DNA of 64,000 nt from Promethearchaeota archaeon (lineage in GTDB: Archaea > Asgardarchaeota > Lokiarchaeia > Sigyniarchaeales > SOKP01): the NCBI GenBank assembly GCA_016839705.1, contig JAEOTR010000025.1:1-64000 (forward strand), in the 5' to 3' direction. Shown here in pieces: positions 1 to 8,695 of the stretch. The notes beneath the pieces were generated by a model that was given only the letters and a program-made list of their open reading frames with translations, did no database searches and had not been told where the DNA came from. How positions within the stretch are numbered: position 1 is the first letter of the stretch; each line of letters starts with the position of its first letter. The position numbers and the translations under genes were made by a program.

Positions 1-164
1 ATAATAAAATGTAAAAAAATAAGTATTAAGTCTTTTCTAACTCTATCTCGGATATCTATTTCAAATCTAAAAGCTTTTATTTTAGAGACTCTAATATTTT
101 CAAATATAATTGAATAAATCGAGTTTGTTAAGAATTATTTTATATTTTGCAGATGTGAAATAAT

Positions 165-575
165 ATGGATATGAAAACATTTAGAAAAACTTTCAAATTT
201 ATTTGTTATGATTGTAGAGAATTTTCTGAATTAAAAAGAGAATTTTGCGAAAAATGTGGCAGTCCAACCGTAATAAAGACAACGAAAGATGATTATGCTA
301 AATATGCTGAAGAAAATCCTAAGGTAACCAAGGGAGGTTTGAACGTTATACAAAAGATTATGATTGGATTAGGTGTTGCAGGGCTTATTCTTGTTATCCT
401 TGGGATTACTTTATCGGTTTTGACACTAGGAGAACCTTTAGGTTCCCTGATTTTTCCTGTAACGCTAACATTAATAATAATAGGTGCTATCTTAATTGGA
501 ATAGCGATTGCGTATATTTTTCGTGAAGGTTCGGATTTTGCTGATTGTTGTTGCATTTGGCAACTCACAAGGTGA
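165..575 (+). CDS. Small membrane protein with N-terminal zinc ribbon and two TM helices
   Basis: CxxC...CxxC (CYDC/CEKC), two long hydrophobic segments, C-terminal CCC. Confidence 0.7.
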   Translation: MDMKTFRKTFKFICYDCREFSELKREFCEKCGSPTVIKTTKDDYAKYAEENPKVTKGGLNVIQKIMIGLGVAGLILVILGITLSVLTLGEPLGSLIFPVTLTLIIIGAILIGIAIAYIFREGSDFADCCCIWQLTR

Positions 576-611
576 GTTTAAATGATAAAAATAATGAAAA
601 ATAAAAATTTT

Positions 612-1751
612 TTAAGTCTTTTCTAATTCCATTTCACTAATTGCCTTTCCTGAACGAAATGGTGTGTCTTCGAGAGATAGACCTGCTTCATAATCGAATT
701 TTTCTTTAAAAGCCTCATTTAATGATTGAAAATAGAGTGAAAGCGGTAAATTTTGAGGACAATTATTATCACAATTCCCACATTCAACACATCTGTCGGC
801 ATCGTGAGCTATCCTTGTTAATTGGTATGTTACTTTATCTATGGTTTTATCCTTTCTCTTTTTCTGGAGTATACAATCCACACAGTAGCAAACTGGACAT
901 CCTCTAATGCATGTATTACACATAGTACATTTAAGTAACTCAGCAATCTTTTCTTCTTGAGAAAGTTTATCCCATTCTTCCAAATCTTTTGTCCTTTTTT
1001 CTTTCGCTTTTTCAATTATTCCATTGAATGTATCTTCATGATCTTTTTTGATATTAGCTGGGAGTGCTTTCTTAGAAATACCTGATTTTTCAAGAATTTC
1101 ATTTCCTTTATCCGAGTAAACTTTCAAGATAATCTCTTCTGAATCAATCGGAATACCGAGATCGCTAACTGTTAAATCTGCAACCACAGGTATCTTCCGA
1201 TAACATCGTAAACAATTTTCAGCAACAGAAAGATTGAGTTCTTTTGTACTTCCATCGTCTAGTTTGACAATTAGTCCCTTATCTCCGACTTTTTCTTTAA
1301 CAATCTTCGTTGGATCCACATCTTTAATGGATCTCATCTCTCGTCCTGCTTTTGGAAGCATTCCTCTATCTTCTATCCCAACTATAAAGAGATTATCTAA
1401 ATTCACTTGTCTGATTTTAGCGAGTTCAATCAAAGCTCTTGTATCACAAGGTCGTGCAATAAGTCCAACTTTCTCATTCATTGCACCCGCGACAGATTTA
1501 TGAAGATATTTTGAAGCAGAATCAGTCCTCGCATATCCAAAAGCGATTAGAGGTGATAAAGGAAAATCTGAAAGATCTTCTTCTTTTTCAACTAATTTTG
1601 GTTGAACAGTAAATCGATCAACATTTCCCGATTTTTTATCTACTCTCAATTGAGCTCCAATAATTTTGTCTACGACTTTTTCCTTTAATAACGTTGCTAA
1701 GATTTTAGAAAAGTCTTCATTCTTAATCAGATATTCTGCCATTGAATCCAT
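612..1751 (-). CDS. FdhB/FrhB-family (F420 hydrogenase/dehydrogenase beta-like) Fe-S flavoprotein
   Basis: ARPCDTRALIELAK FrhB-like motif, CLRC, C-terminal CTMCNTCIRGCPVCYCVDC and CVECGNCDNNCP; start may be the ATG at 1742. Confidence 0.8.
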   Translation of the reverse strand: MDSMAEYLIKNEDFSKILATLLKEKVVDKIIGAQLRVDKKSGNVDRFTVQPKLVEKEEDLSDFPLSPLIAFGYARTDSASKYLHKSVAGAMNEKVGLIARPCDTRALIELAKIRQVNLDNLFIVGIEDRGMLPKAGREMRSIKDVDPTKIVKEKVGDKGLIVKLDDGSTKELNLSVAENCLRCYRKIPVVADLTVSDLGIPIDSEEIILKVYSDKGNEILEKSGISKKALPANIKKDHEDTFNGIIEKAKEKRTKDLEEWDKLSQEEKIAELLKCTMCNTCIRGCPVCYCVDCILQKKRKDKTIDKVTYQLTRIAHDADRCVECGNCDNNCPQNLPLSLYFQSLNEAFKEKFDYEAGLSLEDTPFRSGKAISEMELEKT

Positions 1752-1862
1752 GTATTATCAACTCTACAATTTATACAAATAAAATCCTTTTTTTTACTAA
1801 ATTTCCAAACAATTTAAAATTATTTTCTATAATTTCTTACCTTTTTTATTATAAAATTTTTT

Positions 1863-1937
1863 ATGTGTGTTATGGTGCACCCATATCTTCGGCATGAGTT
1901 CTCGTTTTTATAACTCAGCTTCATTAGTCAACACATT
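1863..1937 (-). promoter_or_regulatory. Eukaryote-type SECIS element candidate in the mvhD 3' UTR
   Basis: mRNA reads UGUGUUGACUA-AUGA-A-GCUGAGUU-AUAAAAACGAG-AACUCAUGC-C-GA-AG...UAACACAC: AUGA/GA core (1921-1924 and 1889-1890), 8-bp helix with one bulge, A-run 11 nt after AUGA, 19 nt after the stop of a two-UGA gene. Confidence 0.85.
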
Positions 1938-1943
1938 ATATTT

Positions 1944-2399
1944 TTAAGCTTTAGCTTTTGCCTCAGCTTTTTTAGGTGTGCCACTTTTAATTCGCGTAGG
2001 ATTAGGTCCAAGTTTTCGTATAGTTTTATCGAATTCTGTAGCTTCTCTTTGAAATTTTTGACCTTCCGCTGCGGTGCAATAAATAATCTTGATTCGTTCT
2101 GGACTCATACCAACCGCTTTTAAAATTTCCTTGGTATATTCAACTTGCCGGTATGCATAATAATTTCCAGTTTCATAATCACACTCACCAGGATATCAAG
2201 CATTAATAATAACACCATCAGCGCCTCGTCCAAACGCACGCATAATAAGGTCAGATCCTACACGACCACTACACGGTACTAAGACATTTCGAATCGAATC
2301 GGGATACTGTGCACGAATAGTACCTGCCATATCTGCAGAACCGTATCCTCATTTCCAACAAGCGTATACAATAATTTTAATATCTTTCTCTTCTGCCAT
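1944..2399 (-). CDS. mvhD: Methyl-viologen-reducing hydrogenase delta subunit MvhD/VhuD, selenoprotein (Sec17, Sec68), 151 aa; absent from the ORF track
   Basis: Hand translation MAEEKDIKIIVYACWKUGYGSADMAGTIRAQYP...VPCSGRV...GADGVIINAUYPGECDY...SPERI...CTAAEG...LGPNP; TGA at 2349-2351 and 2196-2198 fall on conserved Cys positions; GAGGT RBS upstream. Confidence 0.95.
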
Positions 2400-2412
2400 T
2401 TTCCTTACCTCT

Positions 2413-4392
2413 CTATTCCTCCAATGGTAATAATTGATCTACTAATGCCATATATTGATCATCTCTAAAGTAAGTTAAATCAATTGCTTTTGAAGGACAT
2501 AAACCAGCACAGGTTCCACACCCTCGGCAATTTATTAAGTCAACAACAATGCTTCCCGCTTCATTTATCGAAATTGCTCTATATGGACAAGCTTCTATAC
2601 ACTTATAGCATTTAGCACAACGTTCATCTGATGGTGTAGCTCGAATTAATTCCATAGTATATTCTCCTTTACCCATTGGAATACCTGCAACTGATGCTGC
2701 ACCTCTCGCTTGACTTACTGCTTTATCGATCTCTTTTTGACCTTGTACAGAACCGCAAATGTAGATTCCCGGAACTTTTGTGCTAATCGGATCAAGTCTA
2801 GCATGATATTCTTTTAAGAAACCATCAGGGCTTTTTTCCATTTTTAATACTTTAGCAATTTCGATTGTTCCTTGAGATGGAAGAGAAGCAGATGATAATA
2901 CAACCATATGAGCTTCCATCGTAACAACTGAATCAGTTCCAACAGGTTCAAATTGAACAGTCAGGTTTTTTGTTAAGGAATCTTCTGTTATACTCCCAAC
3001 GAGTCCCTTTACGAATAGTATTCCTGCATCTCGGGATCTTCTGTAGTATTCTTCGTATCCTTTTCCAGCACATCGCATATCTATATATGTACATACGATT
3101 TGTGTATCAGGATATTCTGATTTAATTAACTTGGAATTTTTAAGAGACAGATTACAACAAATAACGCTACAATGAGCATTCTTATTTACATCTCGTGATC
3201 CAACACAGTTAATGAATAATACTTTTGTAGGACGTTTACCGTCGGAAGGACGCTTTAAATGTCCATAAGTTGGGCCATTAGGAGCCAAGATCCTCTCGAG
3301 CTCTATTTGATTGATTACATTATCATATACACCATAACCGTAATCATCACCCTTGTAAAGATCCCAACCCGTAGCAACTATTATAGTACCAACTTTAAGC
3401 TCAATAATTTCATCCTGTTGACTGAAATCTATGGCCGATTGCTCACATGCATCAACACATGCAAAACATTCAACACATACTGTTCTATCGAGCTGTGAAA
3501 CAGCGGGTACTGCTTGAGCAAAAGCAATATCAATAGCTTTTCTAGCTGATAGGTGCTCATCAAATTCATTGCTTGTATATACAGGACACACATCGGTACA
3601 TGAACCGCAACCTGTACATTTATCTTCAAGGACAAATCGGGCTTTCCTTTTCACTTTAACTTCAAAATTACCAATGTATCCATCAATTTCAGTAACTTCG
3701 CTGTATGATAAGATTTCAATATTTGGATGACGATTAGCTTCAAGCATTTTAGGACCCAAGATTCATATTGAGCAATCATCAGTTGGAAAAGTTCGGTCTA
3801 ATTGAGCCATCCTACCACCAATGGTCGTATTCTTTTCAACTAAATATACTTTATATCCTGCATCACCTAAGTCAATCGCTGTAGATAACCCTGCAATTCC
3901 CCCGCCAACTACAAGAGCAGTGGGTTCTACTGGCACTGTTTTAGTTGGCACGTCTTCTAGTAATCTCGCTCGAGCAACTCCTGCTTTAATTAATTCGATT
4001 GCCTTTAAAGTAGCTCTTTCACGTACTTCAGGAGCTTGATGTACAAAAGAACAATGCTCTCGAATATTTACGAATTCCAAGTATCTTGGAGGCAATCCCA
4101 TCTCAGTAAGTATGGCATGAAATACAGGTTGATGAGTCTTGGGTGTGCATGCAGCAACTAAAATCCTGTTAAACCTTGCATCTTCATGTTTCTCTTTAAT
4201 TTCAGCAGAACCGCCTTCAGTTCACAAGGAAAGATACGGATAAGCCCAAACATCCTCTATCTTATTTATCTCTTCGACTATCCTCGGAATATCTAGTATC
4301 CCTGCTATGTTAATACCTCAGTGGCACACGAACACGCCTATTCTAGGCTGAACTTCGTCTTCATTCTTTTCATTGGTCTGTTTGCCAGACAA
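2413..4392 (-). CDS. hdrA: Heterodisulfide reductase subunit A, selenoprotein (Sec25, Sec57, Sec210), 659 aa
   Basis: One frame from TTG 4392 (GGTGA 5 nt upstream) through TGA 4318-4320 (RIGVFVCHUGINIAG), 4222-4224 (YLSLU) and 3763-3765 (TFPTDDCSIUILGP); joins ORFs 3763..4101 and 2413..3759; GGGIAG FAD motif, AACTP, NIREHCS, ferredoxin motifs. Confidence 0.95.
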
Positions 4393-4447
4393 AATATTCA
4401 CCTTTAGTTAATTTAACCTCCTAGGTTTTTAAGGCTATAATTTTTCC

Positions 4448-4469
4448 ATGATCCTAAAATTAGGATCAT
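4448..4469. promoter_or_regulatory. Perfect 10-bp inverted repeat upstream of hdrA (candidate operator or leader hairpin)
   Basis: ATGATCCTAA-AA-TTAGGATCAT, about 55 nt upstream of the hdrA TTG. Confidence 0.45.
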
Positions 4470-4737
4470 TCTCATTGCTAAATTAAATAATTTATATTAT
4501 TAAAATTAAATTATTATGAAAAGTTATTTCACTCGGATTAAATTCTGGTGATTTAACAATGTTTTATGAATCCACTTTTTATGAGAAAGCATAAATTGAC
4601 GAATACCACTCAAAAGTTTATAATTAAATTATTGATTTTCACTATTCTTTGTCCCTATTTTATCACTTTCGATCTTGATCTTTTAGAACGGAGTCCGAAA
4701 AAAAATATCAAAAAATGAAAAAAAAGTTTACCAACAA

Positions 4738-6648
4738 TTAAGTTACAACAATACGAACCCGATCTTGATTAATGATGTGTCTTATTATATCTTGTTTATC
4801 CCCTTTACGGTGAAGATATACCCGAAAGGTCGCAAAATATATACCTGGTTCATTATAACTATGTACAACTGAGGATTGGATCTTATTTTCAATACCCTTA
4901 AGATCCTCATGATAAGGAAAAGTACCTGAGCCATCAAAGTCCCACTCTACTCTTACGAAGTATCCCGTGTTAGGTGGGGCTTCTGCTTCACCAATTAAGG
5001 TTATAGATTGACCTGTTTTGATATCTGCGCGCTTATTCCCATCGACATTAGCTTGGACTAAAGGTTGAATACCCAAACGCTCTAAGGGTGTGTCTGATAG
5101 AATCAGAGCTCCATCATCATTGAATTTATATTGCGAGCTAGGTGGTGGTTCTACCCCTTCTTCAACCCATTTGATAAGATCTGTTAATGATTGAACAATA
5201 TTACTGCCATAGAGAATGTATCGAGTTTGAGTTTCTGGTGTAAAGGGTGGTACATGGGTTGCATTTTCAGTCCAATAAATTCTGAAACATTTGTTAAATG
5301 CATCACCTAGTTGTTCTTTTACAGACTCTACATAAGGTCGGATGGCGTCAGGCCAACATTCACGATCCTGAGCATGTTGTAAAAGGATCATCTTCCCATG
5401 GATTTTTCCCGAAGGAGTAGGGAGAAAGTCAATTGATCGGGTTGTAGGCTTATAAACTGGATATCCGTCAATGAAGAAATGCTTCATATTTGGGTATTTT
5501 TCAGTTACAAAATGTCGATGATGAAAGGTAAATGCAAGCATTCTTCGGTTGTCGATATGGACTTTATCCCCTGGTTCCACATCATCTAACCATTGAACTT
5601 CGTATAAAGCAACCACTACATCTTTGACATTATGCGTACAGAACAATTTGCGACCGTTAGGAAGTTGGATCGTACAACCATGATATCTACCAGGATTTTT
5701 ACATTTGATCCTAAGACCTACCTTCAAATTTTTGGGATAACGCGTTTCGTTGTGTAGCAAAGCTTCTAGGGGGTCACCTTGAACCAATGGCAAAAACTGT
5801 TCCATGCTTATAATTTCGAGTATGATTGCCTCTTCATTTATAAGGAGTGAAGTTACTATTGGATCATTATCAGCTCCTTCAAATCCAGGTTCTGTCCAAA
5901 ATACCTTCCAATAACTAGGATCAGGAAGGATTTGTAATCCCAATATCCATAAAGAATTAGAAATTAGTTGAGCTTCTGCCCCACGAGGATAACCTGCACG
6001 ATATAGTGTACTAAGTGCCTGTTTCTGTGATCCACTATCTAACACTTCAAATGGATTGCCATTTCCACCAGGGTCGGTCGCATCGACAATATCCTCAATT
6101 TTATCGCCTAAAATTTGACCCGCCCAAGCAGCAATAGACCAGAAAAAAGTGTTCAAACCTGCTCGATTTACGATAAAAGGTAGGAATCCATCCCATATCT
6201 CAACGGGTGCTTCAGCACAGTTTATACTTCGCATACCTCCTCCACTACCTCCATAGAGATACCCATGATGAGGTATCGCACCATATATTTCTTTAGCAAA
6301 TTCCTGACCAAACTTAGCTGTTGCATAACTCGCTTTCCATTGGAGAAGTGAGGCATCATCCTTGAGTTCTCTCATATTTCCTCTGTGTCCTTGATTTGAT
6401 TCAACGTAATAACCACGATGAAGGAAAGCAACTAGAAGTGATTGATTTGAATAACCAGCATATTCACTTCCACCTATACCACCTTGAAGAAATTGGATGA
6501 ATCTTCCATCATAGTTTTCAATTTCTGGAAAACAAAGAATGAAATTAGTGTAAGTACCCTCGAATGATCCATGCACAAATCGATGACGGATTGGTTTATC
6601 ACGCCATTCATCAGTATCAATAATGGCAGGACCAAAATAATCTTTCAT
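4738..6648 (-). CDS. Alpha/beta-hydrolase-like (tannase-like) protein with C-terminal PKD-like domain, paralogue 1
   Basis: YLYGGSGGG nucleophile-elbow motif; C-terminal EWDFDGSG...HSYNEPGIYFATFRV PKD-like pattern. Confidence 0.65.
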   Translation of the reverse strand: MKDYFGPAIIDTDEWRDKPIRHRFVHGSFEGTYTNFILCFPEIENYDGRFIQFLQGGIGGSEYAGYSNQSLLVAFLHRGYYVESNQGHRGNMRELKDDASLLQWKASYATAKFGQEFAKEIYGAIPHHGYLYGGSGGGMRSINCAEAPVEIWDGFLPFIVNRAGLNTFFWSIAAWAGQILGDKIEDIVDATDPGGNGNPFEVLDSGSQKQALSTLYRAGYPRGAEAQLISNSLWILGLQILPDPSYWKVFWTEPGFEGADNDPIVTSLLINEEAIILEIISMEQFLPLVQGDPLEALLHNETRYPKNLKVGLRIKCKNPGRYHGCTIQLPNGRKLFCTHNVKDVVVALYEVQWLDDVEPGDKVHIDNRRMLAFTFHHRHFVTEKYPNMKHFFIDGYPVYKPTTRSIDFLPTPSGKIHGKMILLQHAQDRECWPDAIRPYVESVKEQLGDAFNKCFRIYWTENATHVPPFTPETQTRYILYGSNIVQSLTDLIKWVEEGVEPPPSSQYKFNDDGALILSDTPLERLGIQPLVQANVDGNKRADIKTGQSITLIGEAEAPPNTGYFVRVEWDFDGSGTFPYHEDLKGIENKIQSSVVHSYNEPGIYFATFRVYLHRKGDKQDIIRHIINQDRVRIVVT

Positions 6649-6750
6649 ATATTTTCACTATATTATCAGTTTTTTATATTCTTTTTCTTAATTTTAACAA
6701 TATCGATGATTACCTCTTTTTTAAGTTTTCTACGATTACTAATATGTTTA

Positions 6751-8667
6751 TTACGATACTACAACCCGAACTCGAGATTGATTAATAATATGGTGTATAA
6801 TATCATGTTTGTTACCATTACGCTCGAGTAAAACTCGAAAGGTAACAAAGTAAGTACCAGGTTGACTATACTCATGTGAAACTGTTGTTTTTATTTTGTT
6901 TTCAGTTCCGCTTAATTCTTCTCGATGTGAAAACTTACCTAAGCCTGCAAAATCCCATTCTAGCCTTATAAAGTAACCAGTATTGGGTGGTGCTTCGGCT
7001 TCACCTTCTAATATTATTGTTTGATCGACTTTTACGTGAGTACTTTTTTTACCCTTGATGTTTAATTGAACAGTAGGTTGAATACCCTTCCTTTCAGAAG
7101 CATGTTTTGGTAATCGAAGTGCTGAATGAATATTAAAATTATACCTAGTGCTAGGTGGTGGTGATATACCTTCTTCTATCCATTTAATGAGGTCATTCAT
7201 CGCCTGAGAGACAATAGAACCCCATTGAATATATCTGGTTGATTCTAAGGGAGTTAATGGTTGAATATGACATGCATTTTCTGTCCAATATATACGAAAA
7301 TACTTTTCTAAACTTTTACCTAGATGATTTTTAACGGACCTTATGTAAGCACGAGCATTACTAGGACAGGCATCACAATCTTGGGCATTTTGTATGATGA
7401 TCATTTTTCCATGAAATTTCCCAGAAGGAACCGGAATGTAATCCAGTGAGCGTGAAGATGGTTTGTAAATGGGATTCCCATCAACAAAGAAGTTTTTCAT
7501 TTCTGGATAATGATTACTAACAAAGTGTCGATGGTGATGACTAAATGCTACAAGTCGACGATTGTCAATATGTATCTTATCTCCAAGTTCTACATCATCT
7601 AGACTATGACGCGAAAATAAGGCAACTAAGACATTATCTACATTATGAGTGCAATACATTTTACGGCCATTAGGCAACTGCATGGTACAACCAACATATT
7701 TCCCCGGATTTTTGCATTTTACCTTGATACCAATATTTGCTTCTTTGGAAAACCTAAGATCTCTTAATAGACCTTCATCTAAGGCATTTTCCACAATTAA
7801 AGACCGAATTTGATTTACCTTAAGTAACTCTTCCACTTCAATGTCTTCTTCTATAAGTAAAGATTTTACAATAGGATCATCATCACTTCCTTCGAATCCA
7901 GGCTCTACCCAGAAAGTCTCCCAATGCTTTGGATCAGGTAAGATCTGCATAGAGTAGGACCAGAATGGGTTTGGTCCTAGTTGTGCTTCTGCTCCACGGG
8001 GAAAGCCTGATTGATAGAGTCTCGCTAGAGCTTCTTTCTGTAAATTATTATTTAATGTAGTAAATGGATTTCCACTTCCACCAGGATCAGTAGCATCTAC
8101 AACGTCTTTAATTTTATCTCCTAAGATAAGAACTGTCAATGCGGTTATTGAATCATAAAAAGTAAAAAAACTTGGATATGACATGATCATGGGCATGTAT
8201 CCATCCCAGAATTTAATTGGAGCTTCTGCACATTTGATACATCGATATCCTCCACCACTACCACCATAGAGATAGCCATGATGAGGTACTTCTCCATATA
8301 CCTTCTTAGCAAACTCACGTCCATATTTAGCTGTTGCTGCACTTGCTTCCCAGTCAAATACTGAAGTATGATTACGTAATACCCTTAAATCGCCAGTGTG
8401 ACCTTGATTTGATTCTACATAATAGGCATTGTTACGAAGTGCAAGATAAAGTCCCCCTGCATAATAACCAGTATATTCGTTTCCTCCTAATCCTCCTTCT
8501 AAGTGTTGGATAAAGCGTCCACCATAATTATTATCTTTGGGAAAGCAAAGAATGAAGCGTGTGTAAGTATTATCAAAAGATCCATGTACAAATCGATGTT
8601 CTATTGGTTTATCTCTCCATTCATCAGTATCAATAACAACAGGACCAAAATAATCTTCATTTAACAG
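6751..8667 (-). CDS. Paralogue 2 of the hydrolase-PKD family; extends 157 codons upstream of the called ORF, probable CTG start
   Basis: Frame is open from 8667 (LLNEDYFGPVVIDTDEWRDKP...YLYGGSGGG) and colinear with paralogue 1; no in-frame ATG/GTG/TTG before 8196; GGTGA 7 nt before CTG. Confidence 0.7.
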   Translation of the reverse strand: MLNEDYFGPVVIDTDEWRDKPIEHRFVHGSFDNTYTRFILCFPKDNNYGGRFIQHLEGGLGGNEYTGYYAGGLYLALRNNAYYVESNQGHTGDLRVLRNHTSVFDWEASAATAKYGREFAKKVYGEVPHHGYLYGGSGGGYRCIKCAEAPIKFWDGYMPMIMSYPSFFTFYDSITALTVLILGDKIKDVVDATDPGGSGNPFTTLNNNLQKEALARLYQSGFPRGAEAQLGPNPFWSYSMQILPDPKHWETFWVEPGFEGSDDDPIVKSLLIEEDIEVEELLKVNQIRSLIVENALDEGLLRDLRFSKEANIGIKVKCKNPGKYVGCTMQLPNGRKMYCTHNVDNVLVALFSRHSLDDVELGDKIHIDNRRLVAFSHHHRHFVSNHYPEMKNFFVDGNPIYKPSSRSLDYIPVPSGKFHGKMIIIQNAQDCDACPSNARAYIRSVKNHLGKSLEKYFRIYWTENACHIQPLTPLESTRYIQWGSIVSQAMNDLIKWIEEGISPPPSTRYNFNIHSALRLPKHASERKGIQPTVQLNIKGKKSTHVKVDQTIILEGEAEAPPNTGYFIRLEWDFAGLGKFSHREELSGTENKIKTTVSHEYSQPGTYFVTFRVLLERNGNKHDIIHHIINQSRVRVVVS

Positions 8668-8695
8668 ATTAATTTCACCAAGAAATTATTCAGTT

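Noticed and set aside
573-575. TGA ends of ORFs 165..575, 26796..27068, 37056..38309 and 62906..63967 as Sec readthrough
   Set aside because: No conserved Cys context or homologous continuation beyond them; they behave as ordinary stops
2413-4392. hdrA as a pseudogene or as two separate genes (ORFs 2413..3759 and 3763..4101)
   Set aside because: All interruptions are in-frame TGA at conserved Cys positions, there are no frameshifts, and a SECIS-like element lies downstream
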